Below are positions 45,724 to 55,418 of a stretch of DNA of 64,000 nucleotides, piece by piece. Each line of letters starts with the position of its first letter. Within the stretch, counting starts at the first letter, position 1. Position numbers and translations under genes: made by a program. The notes under the pieces are model-generated. The model was not told the origin of the DNA and did no database searches. It saw nothing but the letters and a program-made list of their open reading frames with translations. The DNA comes from Promethearchaeota archaeon (GTDB taxonomy: Archaea; Asgardarchaeota; Lokiarchaeia; Sigyniarchaeales; SOKP01). The DNA is taken from assembly GCA_019058425.1 (NCBI GenBank), contig JAHPYZ010000010.1, positions 18,874 through 82,873 on the forward strand. Reading direction: 5' to 3'.

Positions 45724-46983
45724 TTAATTACTTTCCCACCCAGCTAACCTTGCAAATAGGTACCAGCACGCATAAGCTTTTAAATTAGAATTTAGCGGCT
45801 CTGTATGAGCTGCTCCGCATTGGTACCAATCTCCGCCATTGGGTTCATTATGAATAGTATCTGAAGTGCTAGTCATTTCGGTTTTACCTACTATCCATTC
45901 TAATGCCCAATTTCCTCCATCATAATAACAACCATCATCCACATTATCATCAAGGAAGTAATTATCATCTGGATCATAACTCTCAATATCAGCAAAATCG
46001 AATAAAATTCTGTCATATGTCCTACAGTGTTCCCGAATGAGTTCATTCTGTAGATTATTGGTCCCACCTATCCCTTGACCATCAACATGACCCGTCATAA
46101 ATACAAATTTTACTTCGTTTGATGAATTTCTTCCCTTTGAACCACCAGCAGAGTAAGCAGAAATTAGATACTCCATGTGGGATAAATATCTCGTGATATT
46201 GTGTCCTGCTATACTACACCAAGACCACATAATAACATTTGTTCCAGGATTGCTAGGGTGATCTAAATATTCCTCTGTCGCAGCAGCCCAGGCATCATCA
46301 GTAGGATTTCCTAAATCATGTGCTTCAGTTGTCGTTAAAGCTCCACCAAATCCACCATTATAATCATAGAATTCTAAAATAGTATCAATAGTGGCACCAC
46401 TAGGACCAAATAAGTATATGTTATTACCCCCCATAAATGCATCTAAATTAGCCATTCCTGAGGTTAATTGACTCCCATGAGAAGTATGACCATAAGCTAT
46501 ATTAAGATTTTTCTTCGCTTCATTTATCCATGAAATTGGTATACTTTTTAAATCCTCCAAATGAGCATGATTATGTGTAATAAACCATGTGCCCAAGACT
46601 GTATAATTACTTACTGTTAAAGTCCACAAATGATAAACCACATAATTTCCATCAGTTACATTTACTTTAACCGTGTAAGTACCGTTTGGATTTATGTTAG
46701 CATCAAAAATATATGTTGTAACATTAACTCCTACTTCAGTTCCGTTAAGATACCACCCATACGAAAGTGGATCACCATCAGGATCAGAAAAAGTAATACT
46801 AAACTCTTGAGTTTCTGTTTCATTGATATAAGGATCTCCTAAAGGATAGTAGCTACTTATTACAGGTGTTCGATTAGTATCCCCCGCACTTAAGTTCCCA
46901 CTATTTATCAACCAAATTATAGTTGGTACACTTACAATGCTAATACAGATAATTATTATAATTAAAGTTCTCTTTCGACTCAT
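45724..46983 (-). CDS. hypothetical membrane-anchored extracellular protein with PKD/Ig-like repeat
   Basis: N-terminal TM helix, then FSDPDGDPLSYGWYLNG (PKD-like), then a Trp/Gly/His-rich C-terminal domain of unknown function. Confidence 0.45.
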   Translation of the reverse strand: MSRKRTLIIIIICISIVSVPTIIWLINSGNLSAGDTNRTPVISSYYPLGDPYINETETQEFSITFSDPDGDPLSYGWYLNGTEVGVNVTTYIFDANINPNGTYTVKVNVTDGNYVVYHLWTLTVSNYTVLGTWFITHNHAHLEDLKSIPISWINEAKKNLNIAYGHTSHGSQLTSGMANLDAFMGGNNIYLFGPSGATIDTILEFYDYNGGFGGALTTTEAHDLGNPTDDAWAAATEEYLDHPSNPGTNVIMWSWCSIAGHNITRYLSHMEYLISAYSAGGSKGRNSSNEVKFVFMTGHVDGQGIGGTNNLQNELIREHCRTYDRILFDFADIESYDPDDNYFLDDNVDDGCYYDGGNWALEWIVGKTEMTSTSDTIHNEPNGGDWYQCGAAHTEPLNSNLKAYACWYLFARLAGWESN

Positions 46984-47303
46984 AACTCATCAGTATATTG
47001 TGAATTCAATTATATTCTTATGTTTGAAATACATAACGTTCTAATTATAAAAATTTAATTATGCCCAGACAACATCTATCTCTGAATTAAGAATCTTAAT
47101 TTATCTATCCATTATTTAACTCATTATAAATTCCTAGAGAAAAAAAACGAAATTCGACATATATTCTATTTAAATAATTGTCAAATTCAATAAACAAATT
47201 TTAAATTTTTTATAATGTTTTTTTCAATATTAATAAAATTTTAAGATCAAAAGTGTGATGTAAAATTTCCTTCGATGAATTAAGTAAAAAGTTAGCAGAA
47301 TTT

Positions 47304-48458
47304 ATGAAAGATACTGAAGAAATCGAGCTCCAAGATGTAGATTTATTTGCTGAATATCTTGAGTTTCAAATGTTGCCAAGTATCGTGCAAGCTGCTGCAC
47401 AAGCTGTACTACCGGGAGTTCCAGGAAAAGCAGAATGGACTCCAGCCAAATTTTCACTTGATTTAGATTTTCCTGGAAAAATCGAAACTATTGAATTTGT
47501 TAGGTCAAATGGTAAAAAAGTTATTATCGGTGGAGAAGTAGTTCCTCCGTTTTATAACTTCCTTGGACTTAACAAAAGGAATCCTAATCCGCCACTCGTG
47601 ACTTATGACGTTTTCGATATGGGCTCTAAAATGATGCTTCCTAAACCAATAAAACAAGAATATGGTGAGGTATTAGGTAATCCCGCTGAATGGGCAAAAT
47701 TTGCAGTGGACAAATTTGGTGCTGAATGTATCACCTTTCATTCATTAGAGATCGATCCTGCTATGGGAGATGCTCCTGTTTCACAATCAGTTAAATTCTT
47801 AGAAGATATCCTCCAAGCAGTTGATGTACCTGTAATAATTGGATGTTCAGGTAATAAAGAAAAGGATAAACAACTCTTTGAAGCAACTGCACCTATTACC
47901 GAAAGTGAGGTCTTGATGCTTTCAGCAGCAGATAAAGCTACCTGGGAGGATGTAATTCCTCTTGCAGTAAAATATGATCACAATTGCTTACTCTGGACAA
48001 GTTTAGATCTAAACAATCAAATTAAAATGAATAAAGATGCTCTAGAATTAGGATTGCCAAGAAATCGAATTGTTATGGATCCCACATGCGCTACTTTGGG
48101 CTATGGAATGGAATATTCATTTAGTATTTATCAAAGAATGCGTGTTGCTGGATTATTAGGTGAAACTGATTTAGCATATCCAATTAGTGGCGGAACTACA
48201 AATGCATGGGGTGCTAGAGAAGCATGGATGAGTGAAAAACAAGCTCCTGAATGGGGATTACGTCAATATCGAGGACCAATTTGGGAAATATTCAACGCCC
48301 TTAGTCTCAGTCTTGTTGGTTTAGATCTGGCAATGATGTTCCATCCTGTTGCAGCAAAACATGTTAAAGAGATAACATCTCAGTTTTTCGCAGAAGTTCC
48401 TAAAGTATTGGAAGATAAAGGCTATTATGATTGGGTTTCAGCAAATCTGAAGCGATAG
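47304..48458 (+). CDS. cdhD: CO dehydrogenase/acetyl-CoA synthase delta subunit-like (corrinoid Fe-S protein small subunit family)
   Basis: The pattern GGEVVPPFYNF ... ITFHSLEIDP ... VPVIIGCSGN ... MDPTCATLGYGMEYSFSIYQRMRVAGL matches my memory of CdhD/AcsD TIM-barrel subunits. This was not verified by a search. Confidence 0.55.
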   Translation: MKDTEEIELQDVDLFAEYLEFQMLPSIVQAAAQAVLPGVPGKAEWTPAKFSLDLDFPGKIETIEFVRSNGKKVIIGGEVVPPFYNFLGLNKRNPNPPLVTYDVFDMGSKMMLPKPIKQEYGEVLGNPAEWAKFAVDKFGAECITFHSLEIDPAMGDAPVSQSVKFLEDILQAVDVPVIIGCSGNKEKDKQLFEATAPITESEVLMLSAADKATWEDVIPLAVKYDHNCLLWTSLDLNNQIKMNKDALELGLPRNRIVMDPTCATLGYGMEYSFSIYQRMRVAGLLGETDLAYPISGGTTNAWGAREAWMSEKQAPEWGLRQYRGPIWEIFNALSLSLVGLDLAMMFHPVAAKHVKEITSQFFAEVPKVLEDKGYYDWVSANLKR

Positions 48459-48722
48459 ATTATAATTATATAAATCTTCTTTCTTATCCCTTTTTTTCTA
48501 TTAATAATTATAAATTTATAAATCAAATTCTAAAAAATCTAAATTATTATTAAATTCTTCTTAAAATATCAATAGCTATTAGAATTTAAATGTATAATTT
48601 TCCTTAATTCTTTTAGACAAGATTAGAAATTTTCTTACATAAATAAATTATGAATTTTAATTAAATATTAAGTATGAAAGAGTGTAAATTTAATTCTAAT
48701 ATTATGTTACAATTAGAATACC

Positions 48723-49634
48723 ATGTTAAATAAGATAAAAGCAGGAATTGCCAATATGGCTCTAAAATTCATTTCCGTTGAAACAAAACTCTCCTATATG
48801 TTTCTCGAGACGTTTCCCAAAAACGTTCGCCCCATTGTTATCCTTCCCGCCGTCAACACAGTCATGAGATACATTATCCATAAACTGAAAAAGAGGAGCA
48901 TTCACGGGCTGGTTTGCAATGGAAAATTGAATAATGTTGAAGTGTCCATAATCCAGACGAACATGGGGAGCCCCAGCACAGCAATGATAATGGAAGCCCT
49001 TAAAATTTGCCATTGTAGGGCTGCCATTCGAATAGACTTCTGCGGAGGATTAAAGACCACCTTGGAGAATAATCACTCTATAGAAACGGGTTTAAATCTT
49101 GGAAACATTGTTATTCCGAAGACTGTTTTTCTTACTGATGGAACTTCTTTACAATATTTACAGGAAAATGCGACGCACTTGACAGACAATCCGCTATTTC
49201 AAAATCATGTTATAGAAACTTTAGAAACTTGGAAATATCCAACCCTAAATGGTAGTTATTGGTCAGTAGACAGTCCTGAACCGATTTATGCTATATTTAA
49301 TAATAATAAAGGGGAGTGGAATCGTCGGGAACGACAAGATATTCTCTGGAGCTCGGATACTCTTTTTTGTGAACCACCTGAAGCGATTAACACTTGGAGG
49401 TTGCATAAATGTAATTCGGTCGATATGGAGAGTTGTGCAGTATATCTTCTGGGTGCACTATACAAGATACCAGCGATCTCTTTGCTTGGGGTTTCAGACA
49501 TTATCGATGTTGATGAGCTGAATTTAATGAAAGTTAAAAAAATACATCCCGGAATTTTACAGTCATTGGATGATGTGTTTCATCTGTTGTCGAAATCTTT
49601 ACCAATGGTGCACGAACTGGTGGAGAAGAATTAA
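48723..49634 (+). CDS. PNP/UDP phosphorylase-family nucleoside phosphorylase-like protein
   Basis: TNMGSPSTAMIMEAL...IRIDFCGGL and VDMESCAVYLLGA fit the PNP_UDP_1 pattern. GC is about 40-43% over the lines I counted. Confidence 0.55.
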   Translation: MLNKIKAGIANMALKFISVETKLSYMFLETFPKNVRPIVILPAVNTVMRYIIHKLKKRSIHGLVCNGKLNNVEVSIIQTNMGSPSTAMIMEALKICHCRAAIRIDFCGGLKTTLENNHSIETGLNLGNIVIPKTVFLTDGTSLQYLQENATHLTDNPLFQNHVIETLETWKYPTLNGSYWSVDSPEPIYAIFNNNKGEWNRRERQDILWSSDTLFCEPPEAINTWRLHKCNSVDMESCAVYLLGALYKIPAISLLGVSDIIDVDELNLMKVKKIHPGILQSLDDVFHLLSKSLPMVHELVEKN

Positions 49635-49660
49635 TACAACTATTTTATGGAAAGATTATT

Positions 49661-50134
49661 ATGGACGAAAAAGATAAATTTTTTCTGCGACGTGCCATCC
49701 AATTGGCTAAGCAAGCGCGAAAGAATGGACAGGAACCGTTTGGTGCGGTACTGGTTAAAAATAATGAGATCTTAGCAGAAGGAGGGAATCAGATTTATGC
49801 CACTTCTGACCCTACTGCGCATGCAGAGAATGCAATAATCCGGGATTATTGCCAAAGGAACAAACTTATGAACTTGGAAGGATTTAGCTTGTATTGCAGT
49901 ACGGAACCATGTATGCTTTGCTCAGGAGCGGTGCTTTATGCGCGGATCACCAAGATCGTCTTTAGTGTTTCGCAAAAAATGCTCCAAAAGATCAGTGGCG
50001 GAACGCCAAAAACTGATTGTCGAACCCTTCTTAAACCTCACCAGAGGATAGAAATCATCGGCCCTATATTAATAGAGGAGGGTTTGAAAGTCCTTGAAGG
50101 ATATCAATTTAAAAAATCAAACTTAATTAGCTAA
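49661..50134 (+). CDS. CMP/dCMP-type zinc deaminase (guanine/nucleoside deaminase or TadA-like)
   Basis: HAENAII (H-A-E) and PCMLCSGAV (PCxxC) zinc/catalytic motifs. Confidence 0.8.
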   Translation: MDEKDKFFLRRAIQLAKQARKNGQEPFGAVLVKNNEILAEGGNQIYATSDPTAHAENAIIRDYCQRNKLMNLEGFSLYCSTEPCMLCSGAVLYARITKIVFSVSQKMLQKISGGTPKTDCRTLLKPHQRIEIIGPILIEEGLKVLEGYQFKKSNLIS

Positions 50135-50209
50135 TGACTGTACACATTAGTCATCTAATTATTTCGACTTTCTCTTGTATAATAAGTATTAATTTATTTT
50201 ATAAATTTG

Positions 50210-50413
50210 TTAAGGAGGTTTTGCATCTGGACGAGCTTCTGTAGCTGGTTTACCTTCTATACCCCAATGAGTCTTTGGGATTTCATGGACTATAACCTCT
50301 ACAGCTTGAGCTGGAATACCTATATCAACAAAAACTTGAGTTATTCCCACTATTATTTGTTTAACGGCTTCTACGGAAATTCCTTTCCACATATTTACAT
50401 GAACTACTGGCAT
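50210..50413 (-). CDS. 4-oxalocrotonate tautomerase family protein
   Basis: 67 aa with the catalytic Pro-1 context MPVVHVNMWKG and the beta-alpha-beta pattern. Confidence 0.7.
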   Translation of the reverse strand: MPVVHVNMWKGISVEAVKQIIVGITQVFVDIGIPAQAVEVIVHEIPKTHWGIEGKPATEARPDAKPP

Positions 50414-50575
50414 TTTATAACACCTTAATTTATATAATATACTTCACTAAAAAAATAGTTAATTTTTTTCATAAGACTCATCCAATTTACAAGATATTAT
50501 AATTATTATTTGAAGGTTATATTTATTTATCCATGGAGACATTTTAAAAATATAAGATTTTAGAGGGAATTTCAG

Positions 50576-51367
50576 TTGGATAATAAAAATGTTGGTAGAT
50601 ATTGGGATGAAAATGCAGAGAATTGGACAAGGCTAGCAAGAATGGGATATGATCGATGTAGGGACCTGATTAATTCACCTGCTTTTTTTAAAATGCTCCC
50701 AGACATATCATATTTAAAAGGTTTAGACATTGGTTGTGGAGAAGGGTACAATACTAGAATTGCAGCAAAAAAGGGTGCAAAGATGACAGCTATTGACATT
50801 TCTGAAGTATTCATTAAGTATGCGATAGAAGTTGAGCAAGAAGAACCATTAGGAATTAAATATGAAGTTGCTAGTGGTACAGAACTCCCTTATTCAGATA
50901 ATTCTTTTGATTTTGCAATGGCTACAATGAGCCTAATGGATATGGCTGAAAATGAAAAAGCGATCCAAGAAGCCTTTAGGGTTATTAAACCCGAAGGTTT
51001 TTTTCAGTTCTCAATTATTCATCCCCTTGTTGGTGGTTCGGGTTGGAAGTGGATAAGGAATCAAGAAGATAAGAAAATTGGATTTGTCATAGAAGATTAT
51101 TTTAAGAAACTCAATGGTGAACTTGAAGAATGGATATTCGGAGCAGCTCCTAAGGAAGTTTCGGAAAAGATGAAAATGTTTAAAATTCCACGATTTTCAA
51201 GGAACTTATCGGAATGGTTGAATCTATTGATTGAGAAAGGATTTATTCTGGAGAGGTTCTGTGAACCTTATGTAGAAGATGATATCTTGAAAGAACATCC
51301 AGAACATTACGACACTCGGATAATTCCTTTTTTCTTAATTATACGATGTAGAAAGCCGATGAAATAA
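50576..51367 (+). CDS. class I SAM-dependent methyltransferase
   Basis: Motif I LDIGCGEGYNT, with post-I and motif II acidic residues. TTG start. Confidence 0.75.
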   Translation: MDNKNVGRYWDENAENWTRLARMGYDRCRDLINSPAFFKMLPDISYLKGLDIGCGEGYNTRIAAKKGAKMTAIDISEVFIKYAIEVEQEEPLGIKYEVASGTELPYSDNSFDFAMATMSLMDMAENEKAIQEAFRVIKPEGFFQFSIIHPLVGGSGWKWIRNQEDKKIGFVIEDYFKKLNGELEEWIFGAAPKEVSEKMKMFKIPRFSRNLSEWLNLLIEKGFILERFCEPYVEDDILKEHPEHYDTRIIPFFLIIRCRKPMK

Positions 51368-51394
51368 ACATTAAAGAACATTTTAATGATCAGC

Positions 51395-51874
51395 CTAAAT
51401 TTCCTTGGCAAATTCATAAATAGTTGAGCCAAAAAAGTTACCCGTCTTTCCAGTCTTTTTGAACCCACATTTTCTGTAAAAATTCTGAGCTCTTTCTAAA
51501 ATAGATGTTGTATCTAATGTTAATAAGGTACAACCCTCTGATCTAGCATCTTCTTCAACAATTTGTAATAAAGCTGTTGCAGGGCTGTTTTTTCCTTGTC
51601 TGTTAGGGATTACTGCCATCCCGCGTATATGACCTTCCTTAATATTAACTTTTTGCCAACCTATAGTTCCTATTATCTTCTTTGTTTGATTAATCGCTAC
51701 ATATAACTTCATTTCTTTCATGCGTTCTATTACAGCTTTCACTGACATCACTGTATCATTAAAACCTTCAGGAGTATAAAAATGACGAAATTCTTCAAAT
51801 GCATTTAATAAAACGCCACAGATTTCATTTGCATCCTTTATTTGTGCTCGACGTATTAAATAATCTCGCTCCAT
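51395..51874 (-). CDS. GNAT-family N-acetyltransferase
   Basis: IRGMAVIPNRQGKNSPATALL (R/QxxGxG/A-like) and a C-terminal FYRKCGFK. Confidence 0.75.
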   Translation of the reverse strand: MERDYLIRRAQIKDANEICGVLLNAFEEFRHFYTPEGFNDTVMSVKAVIERMKEMKLYVAINQTKKIIGTIGWQKVNIKEGHIRGMAVIPNRQGKNSPATALLQIVEEDARSEGCTLLTLDTTSILERAQNFYRKCGFKKTGKTGNFFGSTIYEFAKEI

Positions 51875-52018
51875 ATCATGATAACTTGAAGATAATATAA
51901 TTTTTTAAACCATACTCTAATATGAGCTTTCCCTATAAAAAATTAACATTCTCGAATAGAACATTAAACAGTTAAAATAAAATTTAAAACAAAAAGATGA
52001 AAATTGGTTAGAAAAGAC

Positions 52019-52252
52019 TTAAGCTTTCTCAATTTTAATATAGAAATTTTCTCCTTCGATCTTGAATTCTAAGATTTTATCTTCAATTCTATCTATATAT
52101 CTTTTTATGTTTTCACCCGCCTCTGCTAAATCACCAGATACTTCAAGAATTTCTCCACTTTTCATTTCAAGTAGTTGTCTCTTGGTTTTAGCAACAGGCA
52201 TAGGACAAACAAGGTTAGAACAATCTAATTTATATGAATCTGACATTTTCAA
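52019..52252 (-). CDS. TusA/SirA-like sulfurtransferase
   Basis: 77 aa with the LVCPMPVAKTK (CPxP) active-site motif. Confidence 0.7.
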   Translation of the reverse strand: MKMSDSYKLDCSNLVCPMPVAKTKRQLLEMKSGEILEVSGDLAEAGENIKRYIDRIEDKILEFKIEGENFYIKIEKA

Positions 52253-52267
52253 ATTATCTCTTTAATT

Positions 52268-52627
52268 CTAACTAAAAATTATATTATCTGCTTCTGCACA
52301 CATTTCAACAAATCCATGCATCGAAGTTTTTTGAATTCCCTTTATAAGTTCATCTTCAGACAATCCACGTGCTTTCATACATACACCACATGCTTTGACA
52401 TTTGCACCTTCAGATATGACATCCGTCATCCATTTTCCTACATTATCATAGGTGGATGGTTCTTGATTTTTCTTACCTACAAAAATGCCATCCTCAACCA
52501 AAAATATGTTAACTTTATGCTCTTCTAATAAAGCAGTATAAGCAAATCTTAACAAAGTGTATGGACGTTCTCTTGTGTAACCACCATCTCCAATAGCAAT
52601 TGTAAATATTTTTTTTTTATCTGCCAT
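52268..52627 (-). CDS. DsrE/DsrF-family protein
   Basis: 119 aa with the VKACGVCMKARGL pattern. It lies immediately upstream of the TusA-like gene. Confidence 0.6.
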   Translation of the reverse strand: MADKKKIFTIAIGDGGYTRERPYTLLRFAYTALLEEHKVNIFLVEDGIFVGKKNQEPSTYDNVGKWMTDVISEGANVKACGVCMKARGLSEDELIKGIQKTSMHGFVEMCAEADNIIFS

Positions 52628-52788
52628 TTCTTATCATCAATTTTAATTCTTTCTGGTAAAATCTATTTTAAGTGTAATTAATCAAAAAATAGATAAAATA
52701 TTAATTTTTTCGTATTAATTTATTCAAAAAATCGATAAATAAAAATACTATTAAAACCTAATAAATTAGAAAAGATTGCACTTTTTAT

Positions 52789-53697
52789 GTGAATAATTGT
52801 ATGCATATCGAATACCTAAGAAACTTTATTAAATTAAGCCGTTATAAAAGTTTTTCAAAATTAGCAAATGAACTTCCTATTTCACAAAGCACATTATCGC
52901 ATCAAATTTCTCAGATAGAAAAGGATTTTGGAGGAGTAATGCTAATTGATAGAAGTACTAAGAAATTTGACATGACCAAAGCAGGAAAACTTCTACTTGA
53001 GCATGCAGAACAAATAATAGAGTTATATGATAATTGTAAACTAGAAATTTCAAAATTTACAGATCAGACTAACGAAGAAATTATTATATCAGCTTCAACT
53101 ATTCCTGGATCTCATATTTTACCGAGATATATAGCGGATTTTCGAAATAGAAATCAAAATGTAAATTTCAAAGTTTTAATTAATAATTCTCAGAAATCTA
53201 TTGAAAATTTAAAAAATGGATTAGTTGATTTCGCAGGTATTGGTAGTTTTATGAGTTACAATGAAAAAACCTTCGATTTTATCAAACTTGGTGAAGATGA
53301 ATTAAAATTTATATGTTCTCCTAATCATGAATTACTAAAACAAGGAAAAGTAATTGATTTTGAAGACCTAATCAAATATCCTTTTATTTGGAGAGAAAAA
53401 GGATCTGGGATGAGAGAAACATTTCAACAGCAATTTTCTAATTATGAGAAGTTAGATATTGAATTAGAAATTAATGATAATGACTCTATTATTTCTACCG
53501 TCAGTGATTCTAACTATATTGGTATTATGAGTGGATTTATGGTTAATAAAGCTCAATCAGCTGGTCTAATAAAATCTTTAGAGATTAAGAAGTATCCCGT
53601 CATCGCAAAAAGACCTCTATATTTTGTTAAGCTAAAAAATAAAAAGTTAGGTAAACTAAAAGAGAAATTTTGGGATGAAATAAAGTTGATAATTTAG
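52789..53697 (+). CDS. LysR-family transcriptional regulator
   Basis: N-terminal wHTH YLRNFIKLSRYKSFSKLANELPISQSTLSHQISQIEKDFGGVMLIDR, plus a periplasmic-binding-like effector domain. The ATG at 52801 is the more typical start. Confidence 0.85.
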   Translation: MNNCMHIEYLRNFIKLSRYKSFSKLANELPISQSTLSHQISQIEKDFGGVMLIDRSTKKFDMTKAGKLLLEHAEQIIELYDNCKLEISKFTDQTNEEIIISASTIPGSHILPRYIADFRNRNQNVNFKVLINNSQKSIENLKNGLVDFAGIGSFMSYNEKTFDFIKLGEDELKFICSPNHELLKQGKVIDFEDLIKYPFIWREKGSGMRETFQQQFSNYEKLDIELEINDNDSIISTVSDSNYIGIMSGFMVNKAQSAGLIKSLEIKKYPVIAKRPLYFVKLKNKKLGKLKEKFWDEIKLII

Positions 53698-53728
53698 GGA
53701 AAATAAAAAAAGTAGAAAAAAATTTAAA

Positions 53729-55204
53729 TTATTTGATTAAAACTCCAGTTTGATCGAAATTTAAAAAGGCACTTATTTTTTCTTTAAGTGGATAAATTCC
53801 TTCTTTGAATAGTGTTATTAAGAATATTGCAATAAAAATAATTGACCCTAATCCTGGAGCAAATCCACTTAGAATATCAACAAAAGAAGATGTTGGATCC
53901 CAAGAGAAAAATGTATATACAAGTGAAATTCCAGCTATTAAAATAGAAATAAAAGATATTATTGCAGCAGCTTTTCTACTAAGATTTAGATGTATTGGAC
54001 CAAGTTCAAGTCGGAAGTATTTTGGTTGGACGATAATTGATAATATTGTATGACTAATTATTTGCTCTTCAAATTCTATATATACGTTTAGGAATCTTCT
54101 TTCACTCTCTTTCTTTTTCTTTTTCTTTTTCTTAGATTTGAGTGGCATAATAGAAAAAATCATTACTGGTGGATTTACCGCATCCTTCTTAACCTCAACT
54201 TTTCCAAATATCGGATGTACTTCGAAGCCTTCTCCTGTAATTTTGAGATCTAAAACTGGAGGTTCTTTTTTAGTTGTAACTATCGTGAATGTTGTTTCAT
54301 AGACAGTTTTACCCTCTTCATCCACAATCTTCAATTCTTTATGCGAAAAATAAACATAAAACAAATAACTTCGTTGTTCCATCATAACTGAATAATACTG
54401 AAGTCCCATATTTATCTCATATATAGTTGGTTGGGGTTCTTCTGGAGCAACAATAGAGGGTTTAAGTATTGGTTTTGGTGGTGGAGTACCAGGGCCAGCT
54501 AACACATCTGCAGGTGGAGGCGGTGGAGGTGCTGCTGTTGTGGGAGCTTTGACCGGTGGAGCACTAGTAGGAGGAGGTGGAGCACCTGCACTTCCAGAAG
54601 CTGGTGATGGAAATGGGCGTGATTTTTTTTTTGCTTTTGGGGCTTCTCTTGATCTTCTAGATTCTTCTCTTTCTCCTTCATCTCTTTTATATAATTCTTG
54701 TTCTTCAAATTTTTCCTCTTTAAACTTTACCCTATCATCCGCCACGGATTTACTACTTGTGATATCTTCATCATAATAATCTTCCTCTTCCATCTCATAT
54801 GCTTCTTCCTTTAAATCACTAAGTAAAAGCGTTTCAGCGGGTTCTTCCTCAATATCATATAGTTTTTTTTTCTCTTCAACCTTCAATTCCTGTGCCTTTT
54901 TTGGTTTTTCTTCCTTTTTTTCAGGCTTCTTCTTACTTAATAATTTCAGATTTTTTAACTTGGTGGTTTCAGGGATTCGGGTATTGGTAACAAAATCTAC
55001 AAAAGACATATCAACACGAGTTACTTGGATATTTTCTAAAGATGCAAAAATATCATCTAAAACTAAACTAAGTCTTGCAGATTTCTTATAAATCCCTACA
55101 AACATGAAATCCATAATCTCTACCGATAATACGCTTGATTTTTTATCATAGAATAACTTATTAGTTTGAATTTCTAGACTAGAAATACTTTTCAACGATT
55201 CCAA
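53729..55204 (-). CDS. hypothetical membrane-anchored protein with acidic/basic low-complexity and polyproline region
   Basis: 491 aa. It has an E/K-rich stretch, then APPPPTSAPPVKAPTTAAPPPPPPADVLAGPGTPPPKP, then a beta-rich region with a K8 run, then two C-terminal TM helices. Confidence 0.5.
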   Translation of the reverse strand: MESLKSISSLEIQTNKLFYDKKSSVLSVEIMDFMFVGIYKKSARLSLVLDDIFASLENIQVTRVDMSFVDFVTNTRIPETTKLKNLKLLSKKKPEKKEEKPKKAQELKVEEKKKLYDIEEEPAETLLLSDLKEEAYEMEEEDYYDEDITSSKSVADDRVKFKEEKFEEQELYKRDEGEREESRRSREAPKAKKKSRPFPSPASGSAGAPPPPTSAPPVKAPTTAAPPPPPPADVLAGPGTPPPKPILKPSIVAPEEPQPTIYEINMGLQYYSVMMEQRSYLFYVYFSHKELKIVDEEGKTVYETTFTIVTTKKEPPVLDLKITGEGFEVHPIFGKVEVKKDAVNPPVMIFSIMPLKSKKKKKKKKESERRFLNVYIEFEEQIISHTILSIIVQPKYFRLELGPIHLNLSRKAAAIISFISILIAGISLVYTFFSWDPTSSFVDILSGFAPGLGSIIFIAIFLITLFKEGIYPLKEKISAFLNFDQTGVLIK

Positions 55205-55418
55205 TTTCTAACTTACCTCTTTTTTCCTTTTATGAAGTAGTATTTAATTTTTAATAATTAATAATTAACTTTTTATAAATTTTTATAATGATATTATACC
55301 TAATATAGTTATCAACTTCTTTAAATCAGATTAAAATCGTTGATACAACAAAGAATCTCAAAATAATTTTAGATTTATTAATAATCTAAACAAAGTACAA
55401 TTAACCAACATAAAAAAA

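Noticed and set aside
47304-48458. An isolated CdhD-like gene as a sign of a relocated Wood-Ljungdahl module.
   Set aside because: A single subunit gene away from its partners is not unusual, and my family assignment is from memory only. There is not enough here to call it a finding.
50207-50428. 73-aa plus-strand ORF at the tautomerase locus, and the 80-aa minus ORF at 50572-50814.
   Set aside because: The opposite-strand ORFs carry recognisable motifs: the Pro-1 4-OT fold at 50210-50413 and the SAM methyltransferase at 50576-51367. These two are their shadows.
54100-54135. The (cttttt)n-like microsatellite encoding the K8 run in the proline-rich protein. I considered a slippage or phase-variation site.
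   Set aside because: There are only about three imperfect units, and they lie in frame within a coding region whose protein is lysine-rich throughout. I have no evidence of length variation from a single sequence.
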